Assembly: GCF_963921235.1 (NCBI RefSeq)
Contig: NC_086118.1
Coordinates: 21,144,001 to 21,208,000 of the forward strand
Source: Mobula hypostoma
Taxonomy: Eukaryota
Length of the DNA stretch: 64,000 nt
Direction: 5' to 3'
Below the pieces are notes generated by a model. That model ran no database searches, was not told the origin of the DNA, and saw nothing but the letters and a program-made list of their open reading frames with translations. Shown here piece by piece: positions 13,546-26,504 of this stretch (positions are counted from its first letter, which is position 1; the number at the start of each line of letters is the position of its first letter). Both the position numbers and the translations under genes were made by a program.

Positions 13546-15007
13546 ATTGAGCAGTGCGGTATAGAAACAGGTCCTTTGGCCCACAATGTATGTGCCATTC
13601 AGATTGACATTAATAATTAAGAACCTGATAACTTGCATGGATGCAATTTTCAGTTTCAACGTTATTGGAGTAGACTTTGCTTCTTTGTCAAAGTAGCAAG
13701 TTTCACACCACCCATACCACAATCTGCATGCTTGCTTTAGTTGGTGCTGGAGCTACGACTGTTAATTAACTAATTACTTTTTAAGTGCACGACCTGAAAA
13801 TTATTATTAAAGCAGGCTTATTGCCAAATTTTCTGTGTTTATGAAGGCAGAAACCAGGTACGAAGCAGGTCAGCTACATTACTGTTTGAGCCAGTATGAA
13901 GGAAACTCAGCAAATGCATTTGGGAAATGCTCTTTAACATGATCGTTCAATTTGGCTCTTCGATGGCTGAAATGTGATCAAAATCCAGAATTTGTTCCTT
14001 AGCAAGCTAGGAATTCAACAGCCTTGGAAGATGGACAAGCAATATAAACGTTTCCCATTTACAGACTGAAGTACAAATCTGCCTCAGATTTAGTTACAGC
14101 CTTATCTGACTCATCAATGCCTTATTTGTGGACAAGGACTGGTGAAGGTGAGGCCACTAAGATGAAAACTCCAGGAATTCTTCCAACATGAGATGTCATG
14201 TCTATGTGAACAAGAAAAATTCAACAAGGATTAGTACGCTTTCAATGTCACAGGTACACCTAAAGGTTGCGTGCTTAGTCCCCTGCTCTACTAGGTATAC
14301 ACACCTAACTGTGCGGCTAGGCACAGCTCTAATACCATCTTCAAATTCACCAATCACACTACTCTTACTGGATGAATCACAGGCAGTAATGCCAGAAAAG
14401 CGTCTTCTTGCTGGACATCAGCAAAACTGAAGAGCTGTTTGTAGATGTCAGGAAGAGGAAGGAGGGAGAACATGTGCCAACGAACACTGAGGGAGCAGCA
14501 ATGGACAAATCGACAACTTTAAATTCCTGGGAATTGATATATTGGATGACCTGTCCTGAGCCCAGCACACAGATACGATTGCAAGGAAAATCTGCCAGCA
14601 GCTTTACTTTCTTCGGAGGTTTAGGAACACTCCAGCAACCTTCTATAGACGTACGCTGACTTGATGCATCATGGTCTGCATGGTCAGATGCACAGAAACG
14701 CAAGAAGCTGCAGAGTAGTGGATTCTGCCCATTACATCACAGACACATCCCTCTCCACCATTGATAACTACAGGAGGCACTGCCTCAAGAAGGCAACATC
14801 CCTCATCAAAGATTCCCTCCATCCAGTCCATGCCACATCACCAAGTTCAAGAATACCTACTTTCCTTCAACCATATGGCTCTTGAACCAATGGCAAAACC
14901 CTAGTCACTACAGTTTAGCAATAATATGAACACTTTGCACTAAAATAGCATGTTTTTCTTCTAACTGTGTTTTCTTGTAAAAATTGTGTATAATTTAATC
15001 TATGTTT

Positions 15008-15642
15008 ATTTGCCTTTGTCAGAGCTGGGGAGTTGCCAATCCCTGCCAAAAGGACATCTGCAGGCATTCTGACCTCTGCAAGGGTCTGGCAGCTGTTGGT
15101 GGACCTCGAAGGGCAGCTGAAGTTCCCCAACCATATCGCAGCCCCCACCCTGCGACCAGACATTGTCCTAGTGTCTGAGTCTACTAAGCAAGTGGTGCTG
15201 CTGGAGCTGACAGTCCCATGGGAAGATAGCTTGGAGGAGGCCTTTGAAAGGAAGCTCTCCAAGTACGCAGGACTGGTCAGCGACTGTCAGCAGGCTGAAT
15301 GGAGAGCGAGGTGTCTCCCAGTGGAGGTTGGTTGTAGGGGATTCGTAGTCCATTCTTTAGTTAGAGCTTTCAGCATTTTGGGCATCGAGGGAGAGAGGAA
15401 GAGGAGAGCCATCGGCAGTACCACCGATGAGGCAGAGAGGGCCTCAAGATGGTTGTGGCTCAAAAGAGGGGAGCCATGGAGTCATAAGTAGCTAGCCATC
15501 TGGACACAAGCTGGGGTCTGATCAGCCCCGGCTGGGTCACCTGGAGGAGGTTGTATGATGTTGAAAGACCCGAAACACCCGATGATTCCAGGAACATCAC
15601 TGAAGATGTGTCCAGAAGCATCAGTAGATGTATGTACACAGC
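15008..15642 (+). mobile_element. HERO-clade (R2 superfamily, restriction-like endonuclease) retrotransposon: 5'-truncated RLE domain and 3' UTR
   Basis: ORF 15033-15491 carries the PD-(D/E)xK RLE signature TLRPDIVLVS..LLELTVPWE..ERKLSKY..PVEVGCRGF, typical of HERO elements. Confidence 0.85.
15499..15616 (+). ncRNA. Structured RNA in the HERO 3' UTR; candidate non-circularly permuted hammerhead ribozyme
   Basis: Core motifs: GUA 15553-15555, GAAA 15572-15575, CUGAAGA 15600-15606. Helices: 15556-15562/15593-15599 (7/7), 15549-15554/15575-15580 (5/6), 15499-15508/15607-15616 (10/10), 15534-15538/15567-15571 (5/5), 15540-15545/15587-15592 (6/6), and hairpin 15509-15533. Confidence 0.65.
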
Positions 15643-16231
15643 TTAATGTTGCTTATATGATGCTATGTGCCTGTGGCGCTGCTGCAACCTTTCATTTGAG
15701 CTGTGCATGCATCTACTTGGGCATTTGATAATAAACTTTAATTTTGAAATTAAGAGCTGTATTTCAGCCAGAATACTATGCACTGAAACTCAGCCTTGGA
15801 TCATGCCAAAATTCTATATGGTGTCTTCAATATCTATCATACATTACAAAACATTCAAGGTCACTGCATTAATTTTGATTTGTAATTGTTCTGGATATAG
15901 TGTACTCTCTATAACACAGCTGGCCCCAGGGAAACAAGATGCCGCAGAAGCACATTACAAATAACTTTAAAGTTCTGTCCACATCCGTGAAGGCTCACGA
16001 CTTAGTTAAATATTGAGTGCTGAGAATATGACATGGGAGTTATCTGGAAGACGTCCAATCAAATAGCGTTGGATGAAGTTGAAATGAGAGGCTTTATCAG
16101 TGAACCATCAGAGATCAACAACTGCAAGCGTTTATATCAAATTAAGCTTCTTGCAAAGTTTCAGTTGTACTGTATTCAGATTCTGCCACTAACATTGCAA
16201 GGTTCTGTCTCTAATCTGCAATTTAAATAAA

Positions 16232-17400
16232 ATACAGAACATAGAATAGTATGGCACAGGAACAGGGCTTTTGGCCTACAACGTTGTGCTGAGCCAATTA
16301 AATTAGTAATCAGATTACCAACTAAATTAATCTCTTCTGCCTACACAACGCCCATATCCTTCCATTATCCTCACATTCATGTGCCTACCTAAATGTCTCT
16401 TAAAAGTCTTTAACGTATCTCTGCTTCTACCACTACCTCAGGCAGCACATCCCAGGCACCCGGCACTCTCTGTGTAAAAAATTTGCCCCTCAAATCTCCT
16501 TTGAAGTTATCTCCTCCCACCTCAAATGCATTCCCTCTGGTATTAAACATTTCAACCCTTACAAAGAGATATTGTCTGTCTGCTCTATCTATGCCTCCCA
16601 TAATATTTTAAACCTCTATCAGATCTCCTCTCAGTCTCTGCCACTTCAGAGAAAAAAAACCCAAATTTGTTCAATCTTTCATGCCCTCTAATCCAGACAA
16701 TGTCCTGGTAAACGTCTTCTGCACCCTCTCCAAAGCCTTGTCATCCTTCGTATAATGGGGTGACCAAAACTGTATGCGATACTCCAGATGCAGCCTAACT
16801 AGAACTTTATAAAAGTTATGCAACATTAACTTCCTGACTTTTGAACTCGGTGCCTCGACTAATAAAGGTAAACATGCCATATGCCTTCTGAACCCTCTGT
16901 TCAATCTGTGTAGCCACTTGCAAGGAGCTATGAACTTGCACCCTAAGATCCCTCTGCTCATCAACACTGTTAAGGATCTTTCCCTTAACAGTGTAATGTC
17001 ACTTTGCATTTGACTTACCAAGGAGCAACAATTCACATTTGGCCGGGTTAAACTCCATCTGCCATTTCTCCATTCACATCTGCAACTGATATATCCTGTT
17101 GTATTCTTTGAGCGTCTTCTACACTAACCACAACACCACCAATGTTTGTACCATCTGCAAACTTACTAACCCACACATCTACATTTTCAAGGAATTAAGA
17201 CCAAACCTGGCCAACCTCTCCCTATAACTCAGGCCCTCTAGTCTTGACAGCATCTTCATAAATCTTTTCTGTGCTTTTTTTCAGTTTAACCATATCTTTC
17301 CAATAACAGGGTAACCAAATCTGTATACAGTACTCTGAGCAAAGCCTTACCAACAACTTATACAACTGCAACATAATTTCCCAACTCTTATACTAAAAAG
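16232..17400 (-). mobile_element. Decayed CR1 3' fragments
   Basis: VRLHLEYRIQFWSPHY and GKFFTQRV..W motifs. Confidence 0.85.
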
Positions 17401-18159
17401 ACTAAGCTGATGGTGAAGTTCAGAAGTATAATAAATACGCAGTTTTGAATACACATTTGAGGACTCCAAACTATGACTTATCTAGGTTTTGCAAAATATT
17501 GTAGATCCTTCAGATTTTGCAAGGATTTAAAATTAGAATAACAGAAAGCTATGAGACAACCGGAAACAGTACATTTTAACCAAATAAGGATTAAGTAGGA
17601 AAAGAAGCTACAATGCACTAGATTTGATAAATAACTTTAAAATGTCATTCCCCGAACTCTATTAATCTCTTCGCTGCTGCAGACCAATGTTTATTTACTT
17701 TTGCACAACATTCCTTCAGGATGACAAGGCATCCCTTGTGCTGTGCATAGTATGTGCTGCTGCCCGTGCATTATGCCCTTGTTAACGCACCAGGCTCTGT
17801 TCAGCTGAGGCGCTCAGAAACACCTCAATTTAATTCTAACCAAAGTTTCTGCCTTTAATAAAAGCCATCTACTCTGCAAATAGGTAGAATAAATGGGGTA
17901 GCACGCAAGAGCTAAAACAACATTGTTTTTGGAATAATCCTAACCATGTAAATGTTACCTCTAAATGTCCTTTGGCTTCAGAAATGCTAGCCATTGAAAC
18001 TCAGTTCTGTTTTCTTCCATGGGTATCCCACACTTTGATACAAACAGAATTACACTCTCCTTCCATCTCTGTGTTTGTTGAACTATAGTGGTTTCCAATT
18101 CATCAAACAGATTATTCCTGCTTTGAAACTCCACAATGGGTTTTGCCTCTTCTAATTCA

Positions 18160-18676
18160 CTGCTATTGTGTGGTAACTGGAATCTCTGGAGCTGAAGGCC
18201 TCGAAATCCTTGGCTTTGCGTGTTTCAGCAGCCGGGGAGAGGTTGAAGGCGCTCGGCAGAGGATGGCGCTCGGGAGGCTGTATCGGAGAGGCTGCTCCGA
18301 AGCTCGGAGTTTTCGGACAGATGGACTCAGTGTCGGCTGTGGTCGGCTGCTTCCAAGGCATCGGCAAGTTGACGGTGCCTGGAGGTTTATGGCAGGGAGT
18401 TTCTCCATTTTGCCGCCTGCTATCGGGGACTCGGGAGTCGATCGACTCGGGGACTTTAAGGCTATTTTTTTTACTGTGCCTATGGACTGTTCTTCATCAA
18501 ATTATGGTATTGCTTTGCACTGCTGCAACTATATGGTATAATTATGTGCTTTTGTCAGTGTTAGTCTTTGGTCTGTCTTGTTTTCTGTGATATCACACCG
18601 GAGAAACATTGTATCATTTCTTAATGCATGTATGCGTTTCTAAATGATAACAAAAGAGGACTGAGTGTTCTCATAA
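18160..18676 (+). mobile_element. Non-autonomous LINE-tailed retroposon of unknown family
   Basis: 9-bp TSD tctaattca at 18151-18159 and 18677-18685. The 3' ~220 bp recur at 63229-63447 with an (aatct)n tail. Confidence 0.75.
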
Positions 18677-18841
18677 TCTAATTCATGTAATCAGCCCCAA
18701 TTCTACAAATTCCTCGTTTGCTGCACTATCTACACGACTTCTGGCTGCCAATCTAAGTTCAAGACCACCTGTACCTCCTGTAGCTGAGCCATTAGCTCTA
18801 ATATCTTGGCCTCCTCCCCCATTAACCTTTCTATCCCTTTC

Positions 18842-20472
18842 AAGCAACACACACAAAATGCTGGTGGAACGCAGCAGGCCAGGCAGCATCTATAGGAAGA
18901 AGTACAGCCGACATTTTGGGCCGAGACCCTTCATCAGGACTAAATGAAAGAAGAGACAGTCAGAGATTTGAAAGTGGGAGGGGGAGGGGGAGGTCCAAAA
19001 TGATTGGAGAAGACAGGAGGGGAGGGATGGAGCTAAGAACTGGAAAGTTGATTGGCAAAAGGGATACAGAGTTGGAGAAGGGGGAGGATCATGGGACAGG
19101 AGGCCTAGGGAGAAAGAAAGGGGGAAGGGAACCCCGATGGAAGATGGAAAGTAAGCAAGGAGTGATTGTGAGAGGGACAGAGAGAGAAGAAAAAAAAGGG
19201 GGAAATAAAAATAAATAAGGGATGGAGTAAGAAGGGGAGGAGGGGCATTAATGGAAGTTAGAGAAATCAATGTTCATGCCATTAGGTTGGAGGATACCCA
19301 GACGAGTATAAGGTGTTGTTCCTCCAACCTGAGTGTGGCTTCATCTTGACAGTAGAGGAGGCCTTGGACTGTCATATCAGAATGGGAATGGGATGTGGAA
19401 TTAAAATGTGTGGCCACTGGGAGATCCTACTTTCTCTGGCGGACAGAGCGCAGGTGTTCAGCGAAATGGTCTCCCAGTCTGTGTCGGATCTCACCAACAT
19501 ATAGAAGGCCACACCGTGAGCACTGGACGCAGTATATCACACCAGCTGACTCACAGGTGAAGTGTCGCCTCTCCTGAAGGACTGTCTGGGGCCCTGAATG
19601 GTAGTAATGGAGGAAGTGTAAGGGCATGTGTAGCACGTTTACAAGGATAAGTGCCGGTGGGGGAGATTGTGGGAAGGGATGGGGGGGGCACAAATGGACA
19701 AGGGAGTCACGTAGGGAGTAATCCCTGCGGAAAGCAGAAAGAGGGAAGGAGGGAAAGATGTGCTTAGTGGTGGCATCCCGTTGGAGGTGGCAGAGGTTAC
19801 GGAGAATTATATGTTGGTCCCGGAGTCTGGTGGGGTGGTAGGTGAGGACAAGGGGAACCCTATTCCTAGGGTGGTGGCGGGAGGATGGGGCGAGTGCAGA
19901 TGTACGTGAAATGGGAGAGATGTGTTTGAGAGCAGAGTTGATGGTGGAGGAGGGGAAGCCCCTTTCTTTAAAAAAGGAAGACATCTCCTTCGTCCTGGAA
20001 TGAAAAGCCTCATCCTGGGAGCAGATGCGGCGGAGATGGAGGAATTGCGAGAAGGGGATGGCATTTTTGCAAGGAACAGAGTGGGAAGAGGAATAGTCCA
20101 GGTAGCTGTGAGAGTCTATAGGCTTATAGTAGACATCAGTAGATAAGCTGTCTCTAGAGATAGAGACAGAAAGATCAAGAAAGGGGACGGAGGTGTCGGA
20201 AATGGACCAGGTAAATTTGAGGGCAGGGTGAAAGTTGGAGGCAAAGTTAATGAAGTCAACGAGCTCAGCATGAGTGCAAGAAGCAGCGCCAATGCAGTCA
20301 TCGATGTAGCGAAGGAAAAGTGGGGGTCATCAGTGTAGCAAAGGAAAAGTGGGGGTCATCGATGTAGCGACTGTACTTCTTCCTATAGATGCTGCCTGGC
20401 CTGCTGCGTTCCACCAGCATTTTGAGTGTGTTACTTGAATTTCCAGCATCTGCAGATTTTCTCGTGTTTGCA
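18842..20472 (-). mobile_element. Penelope-like element: RT C-terminus, GIY-YIG and pLTR, with an inverted terminal pLTR piece
   Basis: FLRYIDDC near 20295-20320, FKERGFP, and VIYCVQCSRCGLLYVGE. Inverted pLTR at 20369-20472. 14-bp TSD tttctatccctttc at 18828-18841 and 20473-20486. Confidence 0.92.
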
Positions 20473-20499
20473 TTTCTATCCCTTTCTTCTTCTTTGCTG

Positions 20500-20870
20500 C
20501 AGCTATCAGGTAGAAGTTACAGGAGCCCCAGGACTTGCACCACCAGGTGCACGAACTACCCCTCATCCATCAGGCTCTTGATCAAAAAGGGATAACTACT
20601 CTCACCTGCTCCAGTATTAAAATGTTCCCTCAACAAATGATCTCACTTTTAATAACTGTCTCATTATTTCATGTTCTCGTTATTTATTGCTAATTATTAA
20701 TATTTACATTTGCACAGTTTGTCTTCTGCACTCTGATCTTTCATTGATCCTGTTTACAGTTACTATTCTGTAGATTTGCTGAGTATGCCCACAGGAAAAT
20801 GAATCTCAGGGTTGTAGATGGTGACATATAAACTATGTGCTTTGATAATAAAATTTACATTGAACTTTGA
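20500..20870 (+). mobile_element. Rex1/Babar LINE 3' tail fragment
   Basis: Same tail family as 50400-50600 and 51570-51855. Confidence 0.6.
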
Positions 20871-21554
20871 AAACTTTCCTTAAAATCTGCAACCTGCTCA
20901 AATACAGTATCTCCTTTTGCATCTTGATTTCAGACTTTATTTGCTTAATTGTTGCTTGGACTGTGTAAATATGTTAAAATGACCACATAAATGTAAGTTA
21001 ATGATTGGACTTAGGTGAAGATGGAGAAAGCAAGCTGTACCCTTGGAGAAAACAATTCTACGGCTACTTCACTGAAAACTAGTTAATCTGAAAAAAAAAA
21101 TCATCACATGCAAAGAACATTTGAATTAAATCCTTAAAAGATTACTTCTTCTACGATATTCCAGTATCAGTAGATTCTCTCTACAGCAAAGCCAGGAAGC
21201 ATTTAGAAATTCTTCTTCATAAGCATCATAAAACCTTTGAAGCAACATTATCCCTATTTAATTACGGTACTGAAGCATAGGCACAGTATTTAATGGAAAT
21301 TGAAAATGGTACTGTTCTGGTATGAGTCTTGACTCTTATTAAGTCTAACCATTTTCTAGTTCAGCCATGCAGCTATTGTTGCCTGTTCATGCTAAGCTTT
21401 TTACACTAAATCTGGTGGGGCAGGGTGGGGTGAAATTCGAATAAAGTCTTCGTGCTGGCCTTCCCAAAACAATTTCATGATGTGAAATGTTCAGGGAAGT
21501 TCTGAAATGTTGGTTGAAAAGTTTTCTTTCCTTGTAGAACTGCGGCATCTACCT

Positions 21555-21850
21555 ATCTATTTATTTATTTATTGTGATACAGTGTGGAGTTGGTCCTTCC
21601 GGCTCTTTGAGCCACGCGACCCAGCAATCCCCTGATCTAATCCTGACCTAATCACGAGACAATTTACAACAACCAATTAACAAACCGACTGGTACACTTT
21701 TGGACTGTGGGAGGAAACTGGAGCACCCACAGAAAACCCACGAGGTCATGAGAAGAACGTAAAAACTCCTTACAGGCAGTGACGGGAATTGAACACGGGT
21801 CACCTGTACTGTAAAGCATTGCGCTAACCACTACCCTAACGTGCCGTCCT
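21555..21850 (-). mobile_element. tRNA-derived V-SINE (HE1-like)
   Basis: Minus strand shows A-box-like tagtggttagc, B-box gttcaattcc, V-domain gggtgctccagtttcctcccacagtccaaa, and an (aaat)n tail. Confidence 0.85.
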
Positions 21851-22259
21851 AACATTTGCATTATGCAAGTGCTGAAGGAAAAAGAATTCAGCCGCTACTA
21901 ACATCTTCACTGTCAGAATATGTTTAATTTTCAAAGTAGTAGAATATCCCCTTAGGGATGTTAAACCAAGATGCATGAATAAGTGGCACATTTCGCAGTA
22001 TCATATCAAAACATGATATTTGGTGAATTAGTAACTAAGACTCAGCGATTTAGACCACCTATAACGTTCGTAAAAGTAAGTTAAGTAAACACTATGTCAA
22101 AAATATATGACTCAAGAGGTCAGTCCTGAAATTGGACACTAAATTTAGTCAAGGTGTTCGCAGTTTTTAAATTTTATAGTTAAAAACAGTGATCTTTTAC
22201 ATACTGCACAGGTTACAAGCAGTTTCCCCACAGTCCACAATAATCTTGAAAGAATTTTA

Positions 22260-23372
22260 TGACATGAAGGGAGTTTAGAAAACTGAGCTTGGCAGCGCTG
22301 TCATTTGGGTGTTGTTAGGAGACCGGATGACAGATAATGTAGACACAGAAGGAAAACAGACGGAGATACACACACACAGAAGCATTTGGCATGAAATGTG
22401 CCAGGCAACATATTCCTTCAGTGTTCAGCCACAGATGGAGTAGGCCCAAGCCCCGGTCTCAGTTTATCACATAGTGGGGCAAATCACCGCAAAGCTCGCA
22501 GACACAAATTGTGTAGCAGCCGGAGCAGCCTCACAGCCTCAGTGCCAAGGAGAGCGGAGTAAAGCATCGTGGAGCATAACCGGGTCAATCTTCGCCTCTG
22601 GTCCTGACACCCTGCCTTTTTAGTCCATCTGGCCCAGCGTTGAATTATCCAAACACCGGGTCATCCCCCGCACTCAGACCCAGACCTCGCCACAGTGATA
22701 CGCTCTGGGCCAGTTCTGGCCTGTACTCAACCTTTTCAAATTGGCACAGCACTTATCTGGATCAAACCTTGCTCCCGATTCAGGTGGACGGGATCTGAAA
22801 CAACTCCGATTCAACTTTTCTCCACTCTGCTCGTTTCAACTTTGCCTCTGAATTTCCAGCTTCTTCACTTCCCTCCAACTTCTCCTGGAACGTGCCTCGG
22901 TCTCACTCCCGACGCCGTCTCGCACCTGCATTTATTTTTCTCTCTCCTGTATGCCTCCTCGTTGCCATCTGAGATTCTGCCAACGACAGAGGTGTCATCA
23001 GCAAATCTATACATGGTGTTTGAGCTATGCCTTGCTACATTGTCATGAGTGGAGATAAAGTAGAGCAGTGGGCTTGGTATGCATCCTTGATGTGTGCCTG
23101 TGTTGATAGTCGGTGAGGTGGAAATGCTATCAGCAATCCATAGTTCCTGTGGTTTCCCAATGAGGAAGTCAAGAATCAGATTTCAGAGGCTGTACAGAGG
23201 CCCAGGTGTTCTTGGATCAGCCTTGCCTTCGCTCGCCTCTTCATTGTTGCAGTGATCGCTTACCAGAATTCTCCATGCGAAAAGTGTTATTAATGGAGTA
23301 GTTAGTAGGAGTTTCTTACTTTGAAAACCACTCGTAAGCTGTCGCCCCACCTTCTATAGCGCCATCTTAAAC
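22260..23372 (-). mobile_element. Non-autonomous retroposon with a 5' aagatggcgc start, carrying an inserted inverted Rex1 piece
   Basis: Ends in gcgccatctt on the plus strand; related sequence at about 57455-57980. Confidence 0.5.
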
Positions 23373-23499
23373 CACATCAATCATACCAGTGCCCAGGGAG
23401 AGAAAGGTGAGCTGCCTCGAAGACGATCACGTAGTAGCACTCATATCTATTGTGATGAAGTGCTTTTGAGAGGTCGGTCATGGCTAGAATTACCTCCAA

Positions 23500-24680
23500 T
23501 CTGAGCAAGGGCTAGGAGCCACTGCAATTTGCCTAGCGCCACAACAGGTCTACAATGGATACAAACTCACTGGCTCTCCACTGGGCTGTGGACCATCTGG
23601 AAAACAGAAGCTCCTGAGTCAGGTTCCTGTGTATCGGTTACAGCTCAGCATTCAACACCATCCTCCCCTCAGTACTAATCAACAAGCTTCAAAACCAGGG
23701 CCTCTGTACAGTCTCTGAAATCTGATTCTAGACCTCCTCACTGGGAAATCACAGGAACTATGGATTGCTGATAGCATCTCCACCTCACCGACTATCAACA
23801 CAGGCACACATCAAGGATGCATACCAAGCCCACTGCTCTACTCAATCTCCACCCAATGACAATGTAGCAAGGCACAGCTCAAAACACCATGCTGATGACA
23901 CCTCTATTGTTGGCAGAATCTCAGATGGCAACGAGAAGGCATACAGGAGAGAAAAAAATAGGCTAGTCAAATGGTGATGCAACAATAACCTTGCACTTGT
24001 CAGCAAGACCAAGGAACTGATGGTGGACTTCTGGAAAGGGAAGTCAGGAGGACACCCACCTATCCTCATTGAGGGGTCAGTGGTGGAAAGGGTGAGTGGA
24101 TTCAAGTTCATGGATGTCAACATCTCAGACGATCTGACCTGGGCCCATCGCATTGATGCAATCATGATGAAGACAGGAATAGATTTGGTATGTCTCCAAA
24201 AACTCTAGCAAATTTCTACAAACATGCTGCATCTGGTATGGAGGCACCAATGCACAGGATCGTAAGAGCCTTCAGAGAATTGTAGACTCAGCCAGTTCCA
24301 AGTCTCCACATCATTGAGGACATCTTCAAAACACAGTGCCTCTAGAAGGCATCATTAAGGATCCTCACCACTCAGGACATATCCTCTTCTCATTACTACC
24401 CAGGGAGGAAATACAGGAGCCTGAAAACCCATAATCAACATTTTAGGAACAGCTTCTTCCCGTTTGGCCATCAGATGTCAGAATGGTCCATGAATTATGA
24501 ACACTAGCCTGCTATTCTTCCTTTCCACTATTAATTTATTTTTTATTGTAACTCATATTTTTATTGTTTATTACTAATTTATTTTTTATTGTTGTGCCTG
24601 CACTGTCCTGCTGCCTCAAAACAACAAATTTCATGCCCAGTATCAGTGACAATAAACCTGATTCTGACTCTTATTCTGAA
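23500..24680 (+). mobile_element. Decayed Rex1/Babar RT
   Basis: YSSAFNTI, ADDTSIVGRISDG and KTKELMVDF motifs, with an (attctg)n tail. Confidence 0.85.
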
Positions 24681-24719
24681 GATAAGAAGAAAGCAATCAG
24701 GATAGGACACTTAGCTTGA

Positions 24720-25100
24720 AAATAATCACTTATTCAGAAAGTTCCAGGCTTGAGTCCCAATCCAGAAAATTGACAATAAAAAACTTGGCTAGAGCTATAG
24801 AACTGTTAAAGATATCAAGGACCTATCTGTTCTCATAGGTATGCATAAAAGCTCCCATGGAACGATTTACTTGGAAGGAAAGGGAGTTATATCCAGCGCC
24901 CAGGCCAATATTTATTCTTCACATAATATTTCTGTAACCAGTTATCTGGTGAATATCAGATTGCTGTTTGTGTGGGCTTGCTGAGCATAAATTGGCTGCC
25001 AACTTACCTACATTGTAAAAGTTGACAGTACCTCAGTTCTTCAGGGATGTGCTGAAAGGGACAGGAAAGTTGCTATAGAAATGCATGTCTTTCTTCCTTC
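24720..25100 (+). mobile_element. DeuSINE (SacSINE1/AmnSINE1-like), decayed
   Basis: Deu-domain-like ggccaatatttat..ttatctggt..attgctgtttgtg..aaattggctgcc and the tail gctatagaaatgcatgtcttt. Confidence 0.75.
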
Positions 25101-26504
25101 TCCATGCCAAGCTACCAGATACACTCAGTGATGGAATTTGCAGGTGGCCTTCAAACGTATCCGGGTTTGGGCAAGTAAGAGTACTGGAGTGGATAAAGCA
25201 GGTCTGTGCTCCATAATGCCATCTCAGAATCTGAAAGCCCTGAAGAATTATCTTCTGCATATCAGACTTGGAAGTAAAGTTTAAGCAGCAGGCAGTTGCC
25301 TTATTTAGTGTTACCATTCCTGATGTTGGACCTCTGATAATGTACTCCAGCAAATCAAAAGCATGGTTAACACCAGGTGTACATAGAAGTCATACTGGAA
25401 GTAAATCTGTACAGTAGGTTTTGGGCCACAGAAGTGAGCAGAGTCTAAGGTGGGAAGCAGAGATACATCTTTAATCTTTCATTTGAGTAATTACATGTGG
25501 AAATTGTTATACTGAATAGGCAGCGTTAAATTGGCACTGCCCATATATCGCAATGAAGATCTGCAAGTAAGTTATGCTCTTGATTCCAATGCTAGTTTTG
25601 GGTTTGTCGAAGCTAATTTGCTGATGGTTTTAAGTGCCATTCGGCTTGCTTAAGAAGTTGATACAGTATAACGTTACCTCATCATCTGGGCATCTTTTAG
25701 TCAGAAAGCAATGACTTCCCTCATGTTAACTTCATACTTTTTTCCAAATTAGGATTAAAATAACATTGTTGCATTGGAATGTCACGTCATTAGCAAACAT
25801 GTCCCTGTCGTTTAACAAGAAAGGATGTTCTTTGAATTACACAGATCATGACATAAGGGTGGTTTATTGGAATCGTTTTTTTTATCATTAACATGAGTCT
25901 GGTGGTTTGACTTTTTTATCTACAGTCTCACTGAAATGCTTCTCCTGAATAAATTTCAAGACATAATAATTCAGTCAAGAACAAAAATAGAATCTTTTTA
26001 CTCAATGTTTTATATTTTAACTAGAACTGAGAGTAGTTAGTGATGTACAAAAAACATACCCCAAGTATGCCAAAGATTTTAATTGCAATTAAAGTGCTAG
26101 TATTTAAAAGGACATCGTAAAATTTGCAAGCATCCATGGACAGCAAGATTATGGTTTTACACTAACAATTTGTGACATCATGAGATAAACATTTTACCAT
26201 CAACAAACTTTTATATGACAATATAATCAGGACTTCAGGGGGTATTTCTGAATTCCCACCAGTTACATTTACCCGTTACCAAGATCAGCTATGATAGATA
26301 TCAGTCAATGGGTGGGGAATACCAAGATTTGTTTTTGTTTCTTTGCACCTATCTGTTCATTGTTTTTATTTCAACTCAAAATATCCTTGGTCAAAAGACT
26401 AGTTATGTTTGGGTTTGGCAATGTTTTATTCATCGGCTGGATATTCGCACAATAATATGACCTCAGACTTAATGGTTTGGGAAAAGTACAAAGCCCACCT
26501 CCAA

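Larger units (their letters stand above)
14200..15750 (+). mobile_element. Decayed Rex1/Babar LINE, interrupted by the HERO insertion
   Basis: SKTEELFVD and CLKKATSLIKDSLHP motifs; the tail resumes after 15642. Confidence 0.7.

Noticed and set aside
22691..22730. cacagtg heptamer suggesting a V(D)J recombination signal
   Set aside because: No nonamer at 12 or 23 spacing, and it lies inside a repeat.
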